Below are positions 15,813-27,883 of a stretch of 64,000 nucleotides of DNA, piece by piece (the first letter of the stretch is position 1; each line of letters starts with the position of its first letter). The translations under genes were made by a program, and so were the position numbers. The DNA is taken from the NCBI RefSeq assembly GCF_009914755.1, contig NC_060937.1. One strand, written 5' to 3'. This DNA is from the human T2T-CHM13v2.0 reference genome, Homo sapiens. Below the pieces are notes generated by a model. The model saw only the letters and a program-made list of their open reading frames with translations. It did not search any database and had not been told where the DNA came from.

Positions 15813-16490
15813 AAGTGTTCATTTATAGGTATCAATTAGACTAACTGGTTGATAGAGTTTTTCTGGTCTTTTAATCTTTGATGATTTTCTGCCTACTCCT
15901 TCTATTGGTTACTAAGAGAAGATTATCTTATAAATAGGTCCATTTCTCCTTTCAAAGTTTTATCAGGTTTTATTACATATACATTGAGACTCTGTTGTTA
16001 GGTGCATATATATTTAAAATTGTTATGTCTTCTTAGTAAATTAACCCTTCTAATTATTTTTAGATGTTCTTGTTATTCATTGCAATTTCCTTGTTTAATG
16101 ACTACATTGTTGACATTGATAGAGCCACTCTAGCTTTCTTTGGATTATATATGCATGATATATTATTTTTGCAATAGAAGTTTCACTCTTAAAATATTTT
16201 TCTTATTCACAACCCATTGCTGGGCCATATTTTCTTAATCCAACTCAAAAATCTCAGTCTTTTAACTTGTGTTTTTAGGTTATTTTTATTAATATATTTA
16301 TTGGTGTGGTTGGACTTATGTATACTATTTTGTTTGGGTTTCGTGTTTGTCTTTTTGTTTTTGATTTTCTGTTTCCTCTCTTCTGCTTTTTTGGGGGGAT
16401 TATGTAAATATTTTAAATGTTCCACTTCAATTTTAATATTGGTTTATTTGGCTATGTCTTTTTGAATTATTTCTATAGTAGTTTCCTAGG
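15813..16490 (-). mobile_element. Old L1M fragment, ORF2 5' (endonuclease) region
   Basis: Antisense L1 motifs gagactctgttgttaggtgcatatatatttaaaattgttatgtcttc and gatagagccactctagctttc. Confidence 0.7.
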
Positions 16491-17029
16491 GATATGTACA
16501 CATATATGAAATCTAGAGATATAGATTATATATGCATTTATACATATATAGCATACATAAACATAAGTATATATAATTACTTAAATTTTTAAAATTACAT
16601 ACAAAAAAGTGCTCAGTGTATAGTTCTATGAGTATTGGCAAATGTAACAACTATCACTATCAAGATAGAAAACAGTTCAATAATCACAACAATGACACCC
16701 CTTTGCTACTGCCTTTTGAGTTCAAGCCTCTTCCACCCCTTTGCTGTCAGTAGCCACTGATCTTTTATCAATCATTATACTTTTATGTCTTCCAGTATGT
16801 CATATAATTGAAATCATAGCTTATGCAGCCTTTAGTTCTTCTGGTATTCAGCAAAACTTATCTGAACTCATTGACCTTATTGTGTTTATCAATAGTTTAT
16901 GCCTGTTTATTGCTAAGGAGAATTTAATTGGTATACTATTGTTAACATCTATTTACCAATTGATGTACTTTTCAATTGTTTACAGTGTTTGGTAATTTTG
17001 AATGAAGTAACTCTGAACACTCAATACTT

Positions 17030-17031
<2 letters not shown>

Positions 17032-17069
<38 letters not shown>
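17032..17069. repeat. (GT)19 microsatellite
   Basis: Perfect dinucleotide run. Confidence 0.97.
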
Positions 17070-17071
<2 letters not shown>

Positions 17072-17664
17072 TCATAGGCTTTTATTTCACTTGGGTAAAA
17101 ACCTAGAAGTGTAATTGTGGGCATACATGGTAATATAGTAATGCATGTTTATAAGAAACTTCTCAACTGTGTTCTAGATTTGCTGTACCATTTCCCATTT
17201 TCACTAACAATGTATAAGATTCCCTGTTACCCTGTATCCTCACCAGTAATTGGCATTACCTGTTTTTCTTCTCCTTTCTAATAGCTGTGTAGTGATATTG
17301 CATTGTGGTGTTACTTTGTTTTTTCTGAATAACTAATGATGTGAAGAATATTTTAATGGATATATTTGTTATCACTATGTCTCCTTTGGAGTAGTGTCTA
17401 ATATTTTCCCCATTTGTATATGTCTAGTTGTTTACTTACTATTGCATTTTAAGTTTCCTTCTTATAGTCTAGATATAAATCCTTTGTCAGTAGGATATTT
17501 AAAATCTTTTTTTTTTTATTTTTTACCTTGTCGCTTCATTCTCTTAGCATTATACTTTTCAGAGCAAGAACTTTAAATGTTGATGAAGTGTAGTTTATCT
17601 TTTTTTCTTTTATATAAGATGATTTCGGTAACACATATAAAATTCTTTGCTAAATCCAAGCCCT

Positions 17665-17950
17665 GGCTGGGCACAGTGGCTCATATCTGTAGTTCCAACA
17701 CTTTGGAAGGCTAAGGTGGGAGGATTGCTTTAGGGAGGAGTTTGAGGCCAGTATGGTCAACATAGAGAGAACCTGTCTCTGCAAAAGAGTCAACTGGGCC
17801 TAGTGGTATTAACCTGTGGTCTCAGCTACTAGGGAGGCTGAAGCAAAAGAATTGCTTGCACCCAGAGTTTGAGGCTGCAGTGAACTACGATGGTTCCACT
17901 GTACTCCAGCCTAGGTGATCAAGGGAGACCCTGTCTCAAAAACAAATAAC
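17665..17950 (+). mobile_element. AluJ
   Basis: Diverged dimer (GGGAGGATTGCTT; GAGACCCTGTCTCAAAA) with degenerate TSD AAATCCAAGCCCT / AAATCTATGTCCT. Confidence 0.88.
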
Positions 17951-18159
17951 AAATCTATGTCCTGAAGTACATTTTCCTAAGTTTTCTTCTAAAACTTCCA
18001 TATTTTCATTTATTACATTTAGTGTTATGATCCAATATCTGTACAAGACTGAGGTATAAATTTAGATATATATTTCATGTATGGATATCTAATTGAAAAT
18101 ACTATCTTTGCTGTTGTACCTTTTTAAAATATAATGTGCTCAGATTTGTGCAATGTCAT

Positions 18160-18545
18160 GCTTTATACCTGGTGGTTTTCCTGCTTCTGAAGTCTATTTT
18201 GTATGATGATATATTCATTCCAGCTTTCTGGAATAGTATTTGCATGGTATATCTTTGATAGTATTTGCATGGAACATCTCTGTATATTATTTGCATGGTA
18301 CATCTTTTGTCAGCTTTGCATGTATTTGCATGGTACATCTTTTGATAATGTTTGCATGGTACATCTTTTGCCAGCTTTTACTTTTAATCTAAGATACTTT
18401 CATAATTAAATTTAGTTTCCTGTAGGCAACATATAATTGGGTATTATATTTTTATTCCATTTGGTAACTTGTGTTTTGTGATTGATATGTTTTGGCAATT
18501 CACAGTATTTTTAAAATTTTAACTTACTACATTTGGATTGGTTTT
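18160..18545 (-). mobile_element. Second old L1M ORF2 5' fragment containing a tandem amplification
   Basis: ctgaagtctattttg...ccagctttc...ttgcatggtatatcttt...tttacttttaatct...gtttcctgtaggcaacatataattggg, homologous to the 16100-16320 region. Confidence 0.65.
18235..18370 (+). repeat. Imperfect ~25-bp tandem repeat, 5 units of TATTTGCATGGTACATCTTT
   Basis: Unit cores at 18238, 18263, 18289, 18324 and 18350. Confidence 0.9.
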
Positions 18546-18623
18546 GGTATTTTAAAAAAAAACAATTAAATTTTATTTTTTAATTTCAATATATTTATTT
18601 ATTTTGCGACCATGTTTTGAGAC

Positions 18624-18754
18624 TGGCTAATTTTTGTATTTTCTGTGGAGATAAGGTTTCACTATGCTACCAAGGCTGGTCTCAAACTCCTGTCCTCAAG
18701 TGATCTGCTACCTCAGCCTCCCAAAGTTTTGGGATTACAGGCACGAGCTACTGC
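18624..18754 (-). mobile_element. Alu left monomer (FLAM/AluJ-like)
   Basis: ggctaatttttgtatttt...ggctggtctcaaactcctg.cctcaagtgatc...cccaaagt.ttgggattacaggc. Confidence 0.85.
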
Positions 18755-19760
18755 TGTATTTTTTATTTATTATAATTTTTGCTTAGAGATTACAACCTCA
18801 AAATCTATTTTTCTCAGACTATTTAGAGGTAATATATTTTACCAGTTCAACTAAAACTTAGAGTTTTTAAAATCATATAAATCCTTTTATTCTACTGTAT
18901 ATTGCTGTCCCATATACTATATCTGCATGCATTACAGTTTTAAGAAAATGATATAATGTTTGCTTCCTAATGTAGTATCCTCCATTTATCCAGCTATTTA
19001 TAAATTTGATTGCTCTCCCTTTATTCAGAAATTCCAGGTTTCCATCTTACATAATTTGTCTTCAACCTGAAAACCTTCCTATTGCATTTCTTATAGAGTA
19101 AATCTGCTGGTCCCAAACTTTCATAGTTTTCCTTAAACTGCAAAGTATTTATTTATTTAACCTTTATTCCTCATAAATATGATCACTATTCATAAAATTC
19201 TGAGTTATTAGTTATTTGTTTTAGCAGTTGGATTATGATGCTATTGACATTGTTTTCCTTGTGTTTATCTCTCTACTGCAGATATTCCTTCACACTCTCC
19301 AGTCTGATAGGCCCTCTGCTTGGTCCACAAAGCAGGAAGCTGGAGTTCTGTCAGAATTGTATCCACTCAAGCCCTCTCCCCCTGTTGTGCAGTTATATGC
19401 AACCAGGAGAGAGCTGTGGTAAGGTAGTCAGAGAAAAGAGAGGAGAAAAATAATAATAACAACAGGAATCTCCACCTACCCCCAACTCTTTGGATCACAG
19501 GGTCCTTCTTTTCAGCCCCTTTGCCCAGAAGGATAGGCTGTCTCTGAGTCTTAAATGATACTGCAGCTGTGAGATTTTGCCCCTGGTTCTGGTCCTTTCT
19601 GGTTAGGGAGAAAGAGAGGAAAAAGAGTTCTCTCCCACACTCTCCTCTACACATAGGCCCTTTTTCCTATTTCTTTGGCTAGAAAGTGTGGTTTCCCCTC
19701 TGACTTTTTTTTGCTGTCCACAGTCACTGGCCATTTTCACGATTTGGCCAATTCATAAGT

Positions 19761-20053
19761 GAAACCAGTAAATAAAGAAGGAAATAAAAAAATGTAAATT
19801 TACTTTTATGTAGATTCTTCAATTTTGATTTCTCTATCTACCTGATATTCTTTATAGGCAAAACCAGTAAATAAAGAAGGAAAGAAAAAAATGTAAACCT
19901 ACTTTTATGTAGATTCTTCAATTTTGATTTCTCTATCTACCTGATATTCTTTATACATGAAACCAGTAAATAAAGGAAAGAAAATAATGTAAATTTACTT
20001 TTATGTAGATTCTTCAATTTTGATTTCTCTCTCAATCTACCTGATATTCTTTA
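19761..20053 (+). repeat. Three tandem copies of a 99-bp unit
   Basis: AAACCAGTAAATAAAG at 19762, 19861 and 19960, each followed by TACTTTTATGTAGATTCTTCAATTTTGATTTCTCT...CTACCTGATATTCTTTA. Confidence 0.95.
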
Positions 20054-21064
20054 GTTTTAAAGAGTCCTCAGAGAGTTGTTTTTGCTCTTTCCAGACTTTT
20101 AGACGTAATGAGTGGGAGAGATGAGCTGATGTGGACACATTCAATCTAGATTAGCCCAGAAGTCAAATCAGTGTTTTCTACTATTAAATTTGTTGAAAAG
20201 GAAAAAAAAAGGCTGAAAATAGTGTTGAGTTAACTAAGATTTGAAAATGTCAAGTGAGTATATGTATTTCTATTACCTTTCTTAATATGAAATGAATAAC
20301 AAATGTTTCTGTTACCAGCTGGCCATTCTCGCAACCTCATAATGAATTTACATATAAAATACATTTTACCAGTTTTAGTGCTCTAAATGTGAGACTTTTA
20401 CTGGGAAAAAAGGCATACCTAGAAATAGTTATCAGAGGGGACAACATAAGGAGCTACATTCTTAGGAACAAAAGCAAAACAATCTATAGGTAATATTTTC
20501 AAAATCTACAACAATAAATAATTTTTAGGAACTCCAATTTTAAAAATGAAGGCATGTTTTACTAAAATTATTTTAAAAGGTTTAGTATAAAAATTAGCAA
20601 TAGTTTGATGATAAAATGCAGTTCTCTGGAGCACAGAATAACTAAGTCATTTTATAGAAAGAAACAAACCTTTCATTTGTCTCATTTTGTATACAATTAA
20701 TCTAAATATATGCAGGTTTTTCTTGTTTTTTTAACTAAATATATTTCTAAATGTATCTTGTTAGACATATGCAAATGCATAATTATAGAAACATAATTTT
20801 AATTTAGTTTCATCATAATGTCAATAATATACGTATTATATTTTATCTCAATCAATTGAAATAATTTTATTATGAAACAGAAAAAATATATCATTTTTAT
20901 CTTCTATGTATCTGCACATCAAATAACTATTTTATATCTAGTAGAATCTCAACTTTTATCTTAAATACCACCTTAACCATAGTGACTAACTTTTGTTTTT
21001 AACAAACTTAGGTTCATGAAATGGAGATGGAAAACTTGAAACTCTCATGAAGTGTTTCCCCCAT

Positions 21065-21815
21065 AGAGAGGTGAAGCTGGCTGGGCTTCTGGGTCGGGTG
21101 GGGAACTGGAGAACTTTTCTGTCTAGCTAAAGAATTTTAAATGCACCAATCAGTGCTCCGTGTCTAGCTAAAGGATTGTAATGCATCAATCAGCACTCTG
21201 TAAAAATGCACCAATCAGCACTCTGTGTCTAGCTAAAGGATTGTAAACACACCAATCAGCACTCTGTAAAATGGACCAATCAGCACTCTATAAAATGGAC
21301 CAATTAGCGCTCTGTAAAATGGATCAATCAGCAGGATGTGGGCAGGGCCAAATAAGGGAATAAAAGCTGGCCATCTGAGCCAGCAGCAGCAACCCGCTCA
21401 GGTCCCCTTCCACACTGTGGAAGCTTTATTCTTTTGCTCTTCACAATAAATCTTGCTTCTGCTCACTCTTTGGGTCCGGACTACCTTTATGGACTGTAAC
21501 ACTCACTGCGAACGTGCAGCTTCACTCCTGAAGTCAGTGAGACCACGAACCCACTGGGAGGAACAAACAACTCTGGATGTGCCAGCTTTAAGAGCTGTAA
21601 CACTCACTGTGAAGGTCTGCGGCTTCATTCCTGAAGTCAAGCGAGACCATGAATCCACCAGAAGGAAGAAACTCTGGACACATGTGAACATCTGAAGGAA
21701 CAAACTCTGGACACACCATTTTTAAGAACTGTAACACTCACCGCGAGGATCTGAGGCTTCATTCTTGAAGTCAGTGAGACCAAGAACCCACCAGAAGGAA
21801 CCAATTCCGGACACA
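21065..21815 (+). mobile_element. LTR12-family 5' LTR with tandem CCAAT enhancer repeats
   Basis: AGAGAGGTGAAGC start, five CCAAT plus two TCAAT units at ~21140-21330, GGGAATAAAAGC TATA-like box, U5 repeats CTGTAACACTCAC, ends CCGGACACA. Confidence 0.93.
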
Positions 21816-21818
21816 TTT

Positions 21819-21836
21819 TGGCAACCACGAAGGGAC
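21819..21836 (+). promoter_or_regulatory. Primer binding site, tRNA-Arg
   Basis: TGGCAACCACGAAGGGAC directly after the LTR. A splice donor GCG|GTGAGT follows at 21846-21854. Confidence 0.85.
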
Positions 21837-23073
21837 TATCACCAAGCGGTGAGTACCATCAGACCCGTTTCGCTTGCTATTCTGTCCTATTTTTCCTGAG
21901 AATTCGGGGGCTAAATACCAGGCACTTGTCGGCCAGTTAAAAGTGACTAGTGTGGCTGCCAGACTAAAGACACGGGTGTCAGGCTTTCTGAGAAAGTGCT
22001 CTCTAACAACCCCTGACTCTTCAGAGTTGGGAGGGTTGGTTTTGCCTGGAACCAGCTTCTGCTTCTCCTGTACTTCTGGGCTGAGCCGAGGGTCAACAGA
22101 GAGGAAAGCCATTCAGCTCCGGGGTCCCGCCAAAAAGTTGGTTGACCCTGTGGCCATGAACGCAACTCTCAAAGTCATCTTGCCCAAGTGACACTCGCCC
22201 ATCTATCCTATCTGTCCTGACCCTTGCCTCCTGCATCCTAATGCCTATCAGACAAACTTCCTCTTGCCTCTCTTCTTCGAGGCTAGTCCCACTTCTAAAT
22301 ACCACTCCCTGTCTCTGGTGTTTTTCTAGTTTCTCCTAGAAGAATGATTTCTAGTATAAACTCCAGGACTCTGTTACCTTCTTTAGGCACCCGGGCTCAC
22401 CAATCAGAAAGACATAATTTTTGCCCAAAGCCCCATCGTAGGGGGGACTATCTGGAATTTTAGGATCCCTCCTCAGACTAGCAGGGGGCTAACAAAAGCT
22501 ATTCCTGAAGCTAGGATATGGGGATCCTCAGAAACTGTATCCTTTCTATTCATATAAGTGAGGACAAAAGGCATCACTCTTCCAACTCTGGAGATCCCTC
22601 CCCTCACTGAGGGTATGGCCCTCCCCTTCATTTTTGTGGCATAACATCTTTAAAGGACAGGGGTAAAGTCACAATACTAACAGGAGAATGCTTAGGACTC
22701 TAACGGGTTTTTGAGAATGCATTGGTAAGGACCACTAAATCTGATTTTTCTCGGTCCTCCTTGTGGTCTAGGAGGACAGGCAATGGTGCAGGTTTTCAAG
22801 AATGCATTGGTAAGGGCCACTAAATCCGACATTCTACCATCCTCCTTGTGGTCTAGGGGAAAAGTAGTGTTTCTGTTGCTGTGTTGGTGAGCACAACTAT
22901 TCTGATCAGCAGAGTCGAGGAACCACTGAGGCTTCTTGGTTAAGAGGTGTTTCTGCTGCTGCATCAGTGAGCGCAACTATTCCAATCAGCAGGGTCCAGG
23001 GACTGTTGCAGGTTCTTGGGCAGGGGGAGAAACAAACAAACAAACCAAAACCATGGGCAGTTTTGTCTTTCAG

Positions 23074-24400
23074 ATGGGAAACACTCAGGCATCAACAGGC
23101 TCACCTTTGAAATGCATCCTAATCCATTTGGACAATTTTGACCTACAAACCCTGAAAAAGAGGCAGCTCATTTTTTTCTGCACTATGGATGGGCCCCAAT
23201 ATTCTCTCTCTCTGATGGGGAAAAATGGCCACCTGAGGGAAGTATAAATTACAATACTATCCTGCTGCTTGACCTTTTCTGTAAGAGGGAAGGCAAATGG
23301 AGTGAAATACCTTATGTCCAAGCTTTCTTTTCATTGAAGGAGAATCCACAACTATGAAAACTTGCAATTTACATTCCACAGGAGGACCTCTCAGTTTACC
23401 CCCATGTCCTAGCCTCCCTATAGCTCCCCTTCCTATTAATGATAAGCCTCCTCTAATCTCCCCACCCAGAAGGAAACAAACAAAGAAATCCTCAAAGGAC
23501 CACAAAAACGCTCGAGCTATCCTTTATGTCCCCTTCAAGCTGTAGGGGGAGGAGAATTTGGCCCAACCTGGGTACATGTCCCTTTCTCCCTCTCTGATTT
23601 AAAGCAGATCAATGCAGACCTGGTGAAGTTTTCAGATGATCCTGTTAGGTACATAGATGTCCTACAGGGTCTAGGGCAAACCTCCAATCTCACTTGGAGA
23701 GAAGTCATGCTATTGTTAGATCAAACCCTGGCCTTTAATGAAAAGAATACAGCTTTAGCTGCAGCCTGAGACTTTGGAGATACCTGGTACCTTAGTCAAG
23801 TAAATGATGGAATGACAGCTGAAGAAAGGGACAAATTCCCTACCAACCAGCAAACCATCAGCAGTATGGATCCCCACTGGGACCTCAACTCAGATCATAG
23901 GGACTGGAGTCGTAAACATCTGCTGACCTGTGTTCTAGAAGGACTAAGGAGAAGTAGGAAAAAGCCCATGAATTATTCAATGATGTCCACCATAACTCAG
24001 GGAAAGGAAGAAAATCCTTCTGCCTTCCTCAAGTGGCCACAGGGAGCCTGAAGAAAATACACTCCCCTGCCACCAGAGTCACTTGAGGGTCAATTGATTC
24101 TAAAGATAAGTTTATTACCCAGTCAGCCACAGATATCAGGAGAAAGCTCCAAAAGCAAGCTCTGGGCCCTGAACAAAATCTGGAGGCATTATTAAACCTG
24201 GCAACCTCAGTATTCTATAATAGGGACCAAGAAGAGCAGGCCCAAAAGGGAAAGTGAGATCAGAGAAAGACCGCAGCCTTAGTCATGGCCCTCAGGCAAA
24301 CAAACCTGGGTGGTTCAGAGAGGACAGAAAATGGAGCAGGCCAATCACCCGGTAGGGCTTGCTATCAGTGTGGTTTACAAAGACACTTTAAAAAAGATTG
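23074..24400 (+). pseudogene. gag: HERV9 gag, degenerate
   Basis: MGNTQASTGSPLKCIL start, major homology region ITQGKEENPSAFL, truncated knuckle CYQCGLQRHFKKD. Stops and frameshifts. Confidence 0.9.
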
Positions 24401-24848
24401 GCCACCCCAGCCAGCAGTGGCAACCTATTCCAGTCCCCTTCCATGCTGTGGAAGCTTTGTTCTTTTGCTCTTCACAATAAATCTTGCTGCTGCTCACTCT
24501 TTGGGTCCACACTACCTTTATGAGCTGTAACACTCACTGGAAACATCTGCGGCTTCACTCCTGAAGTCAGCGAGACCACGAACCGACCGGGAGGAACAAA
24601 CAATTCTGGACGCACCACCTTTAAGAGCTGTAACACTCACTGCGAAGGTCTATGGCTTCACTGCTGAAGTCAAGCGAGACCACAAACCTACCAGAAGGAA
24701 CAAACTTTGGACACATCTGAACATCTGAAGAAACAAACTCCGGAAACACCATTTTTAAGAACTGTAACACTCACCGCGAGGGTCTGTGGCTTCATTCTTG
24801 AAGTCAGCGAGACCAAGAACCCAATGGAAAGAACCAATTCTGGACACA
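24399..24848 (+). mobile_element. Partial 3' LTR12 (R-U5 portion)
   Basis: Collinear with 21368-21815, AATAAA at 24476-24481, ends TGGACACA. Confidence 0.9.
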
Positions 24849-25089
24849 TCATGAGAACACATTTTATATTGGCTTTACAAAATGTAAACAGTCAAAAATA
24901 AACAAAAATATTAACATCATGTAAAGACATTTTCATTTTCTGTTACTCTACAGAAGTTCTAAAATGTATAAGAATAAGAAGTGAAGGTAAATTTTTAAAT
25001 TGTAAAATAAAGAGCATTTTGTGTTTTTTCTTTCTCAGATCTTTAAATGAGGATCTTTTAATGAGCCTTTAAATGAGGATCTTGTAATG

Positions 25090-25416
25090 AGGCCAGGTGT
25101 AATCAGTGTTTCTTGTGAGTGGGAGACAGAAGAGTCAAAGCCTGACAAGGAGACGTGATGGCTGACGCAAAGTTTGGAGAGATGCTATTGCTGAGTTTGA
25201 AGATAGAGGGATCACAACTCAGGGAATGAAGTTGGCCACTAGAAGCTAAGAAAGACAAGAGCCTCCTAATGTAGTACAGCCCTACCAACACCATGATTTT
25301 ATCCCCATGAGGCATATTTCAGACGTCTAACCTCCAGAACTATATATTTTTTAAGTGTTGTTTTAAGCCCTGAAGTTGGTGGTAATTTGTTAGAACAGCA
25401 ATAGAAAATGAGTACA
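25090..25416 (+). mobile_element. MLT1 (MLT1D-like) LTR fragment
   Basis: ggccactagaagct...cagccctaccaacaccatgattt...acctccagaact...gttttaagcc...ggtaatttgttagaacagcaatagaaaatgagtaca. Confidence 0.75.
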
Positions 25417-25854
25417 ACTCTAAACTAAACAGTCATTTATTTCTAAAGTTCTGTCCTAAGTTAGAAGCCATGAGAAATTCACTTGATAATAGTTCAGCAG
25501 AGAAAGTGTAATGCACGTATCTGAAGTCATCAACCCTAAAACAAAGAAACTTTTGAGTGTAGACTTTAGAAAACATGATTCTCGTGGCAGATGGAATGCG
25601 AGAATAGAAATTGTCTTTGTACTCATCTTACAGTTTGAGAAATATGTTTCGTAGTATGGGTATTTTTCAGAGATCTTGAGAAAGATACTATCTTTATATC
25701 TGTCAGAATGGAAGATACTGGAGAAGCAAGTGTCTACATTCTGTATGTCTGCGAAGCATGATGAGACTTCGCTGTGACAGCTCCCTGAGTAGAGCTCAAA
25801 TCACGCTGTTGCCACCTGAGCAGTAGGGCAGAGCCTACTCTGCTCTTCTGAATA

Positions 25855-26349
25855 TGAAACAGGTCCAGTTGTTCCACACAACCGATGTTCGTGGTTTCTT
25901 TGAATAAACATAGAAATTGATCCTCCCAGTCTTAAAACTTGAAAAAGTTATATTCGTTTCATGTAAGTTTCTTTGTCAGGAAACCAACTATAAGTCCTCC
26001 CAGATAGCATCAAGCAGCTGAAACTTACTGGATCACTACATTTAGACAATGAGATGCCAGACCGCTCACTTGTCATAACTGCCTATCTAACTCCTGCTTC
26101 CTGTTGACCAATTCCTTTTCCTTTCTTCTCCCTAATTCCTGTTTTCCCACACATGATTACATTTCTTCTCTGCTATATAAACCCCTAATTTTAGTTAGAC
26201 AAGGAGACAGGTTTGAGGCTGATCTCCCAGCTCCTTGGCTGTAGCACTCAAATAAAGCCTTCTTCCCTGGCAAAACTCATTGTCTTAGTCATTGCTTTTT
26301 GTACATCAAGCAGCAGGTCCTAGATCAAACCCTTGGAGTTTTGGTAACA
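25855..26349 (+). mobile_element. Solo ERV1 LTR, MER39/MER34-like
   Basis: TG...CA ends with 4-bp TSD AATA, TATATAA box, AATAAA, and the family-like motif aataaacatagaaattgatcctcccagtcttaaaacttg. Confidence 0.8.
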
Positions 26350-27776
26350 AATACGATAAAAGCAAATGTGAACACCAGAAATTTAGAGAAAGAAGAACTC
26401 GGATGGCATGAAGAGAGTGGTGCTATTTTGGTGGCATTTTGCTTGTAATGGTCCTTGTTTCTTCCAAAGGGCCACTGTAAGAAGCCTTCTGACATTCCCA
26501 GATGCAAATTATTAGAAATAATATATAGCCAACTGACAGCCACTTGTGGAACCACATGCTTCATATTTCAGGGAGTTTATTGCTTACTCAAACTACACAC
26601 CTGCATGGGCATCTGATGGCAACAACATATGTAGAAAATTGGACATCCCTAGTCTTTACTGACACACAAATAATGAGAACCTTATGGATTGGACTTGGAG
26701 TACATAGTCCAGGCATTTTCTAATGGAAATAGGGGTATTATAAGGGGAGCTCTTCAAGGAGGCTTGCCAAGGCTGGCAGTTTGATAAGAAAATAAAAGAA
26801 TTCATGTGTGGACTGAATGCACTACTTCACTGAAGAAACATCTCTGTCAACAACACAACTTTTCAACAAACCAAAGAAAGGGTTTGTACCCTCAAATTCT
26901 ATTAGAGATATCTATATCACTATAGAATCTGAAGTTTTAAAGGTCAGTGACTAGACATTATAGCAACTGAGCCAGAGTGTAGTGAAATAAGAATAATTTG
27001 TAGAAATATTACTGGTAAAATTACACTATGGTAGTGTGGCTTTTATTATTGTTTTCAATGGCTGGAACATAATGGTTTAAAAGATAATTTTAACCAGTTA
27101 ATTTCAACCAGTTAAAAGTGGGCCAACAGAGTTGTATTCCCAGGTGAGATGGATGGGCAGTATTTCAAAATAATATCTGAAAGTTTGTATTGGTGAGAAT
27201 CTGGATTATAATATCTAGAATATAGTTATATCCATCACCCAGATTCAAACTACAATGTACTAAACAATATCTTTCTGTTACTATCCCAGACACTGTAAAT
27301 GTGTAGTTAATGGTTAAAAGTATTTCTATTAGATATGAATAAAAATTGTACTCTAATTTTAACCATTTGGTATGTTAGATATTAATCTATTTATCTAAAC
27401 TTCCTTCTATAGCTATGCAGTATAAAAAGTTTTATAGTATTATTAGCAAAATTAAATGGAGATGATAAACCACAGGATACGAAAGTATTTGGAAAAACTG
27501 AATTGAAGCCTCTAATTGATACCATACCTGGGTAACTGGATTAGCCAGAAAAAGAGGTCAGTGTGACCTGACCTTAGTAAAATTAGGATGCAATACAATG
27601 CCTCCATCAATACACGTAAAAATGTACTTGTTAACACACGAGGAAAAATAATATTCCAAATGGTAAAATATGATCAATGGACTTGTAAAGTGAGAAGTTC
27701 ATAGTTCATTTATTTTTGTTTTTTAGAATAAATTTTTGCTTTTCCTCACGTGATACAAATCCTCGTGATCATCAAC

Positions 27777-27883
27777 ATGGTAAAAAGTGTCCTGCATTCT
27801 ATAAAATAAAGCAGTAATTGTCTTAATACAGGAATGGTAAACAGTGTCCTGCATAGTATGAAATGATGCAGTTATTGTCTTAA
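27777..27883 (+). repeat. Diverged 50-bp duplication, 57-bp period
   Basis: ATGGTAAA.AGTGTCCTGCAT..TAT.AAAT.A.GCAGT.ATTGTCTTAA occurs twice. Confidence 0.85.

Larger units (their letters stand above)
16580..18130 (-). mobile_element. Old L1M (MC/MD-like) 3' region, interrupted by (GT)n and AluJ
   Basis: Antisense L1 3'UTR/ORF2-end motifs (cacttgggtaaaacctagaagtg; tatcctcaccagtaattggcatt; agatataaatcctttgtcag). Confidence 0.65.
21065..24848 (+). mobile_element. HERV9 (ERV9/LTR12) provirus lacking pro-pol-env and 3' U3
   Basis: 5' LTR12, Arg PBS, leader, gag and partial 3' LTR. 4-bp TSD CCAT (21061-21064) / TCAT (24849-24852). Confidence 0.93.

Noticed and set aside
18235-20053. Repeat arrays as CRISPR-like structures
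   Set aside because: The units are head-to-tail without unique spacers, there are no cas genes, and the context is a primate genome. The same applies to the LTR12 CCAAT arrays.
24285-24530. 81-aa gag-LTR fusion ORF as a novel protein
   Set aside because: It is short, the last Cys of the knuckle is lost at the junction, upstream gag is broken, and there is no evidence of translation.
26360-27700. Possible very ancient retroelement internal sequence
   Set aside because: I could not recover any convincing protein motif by eye. A Dfam/HMM search is needed.
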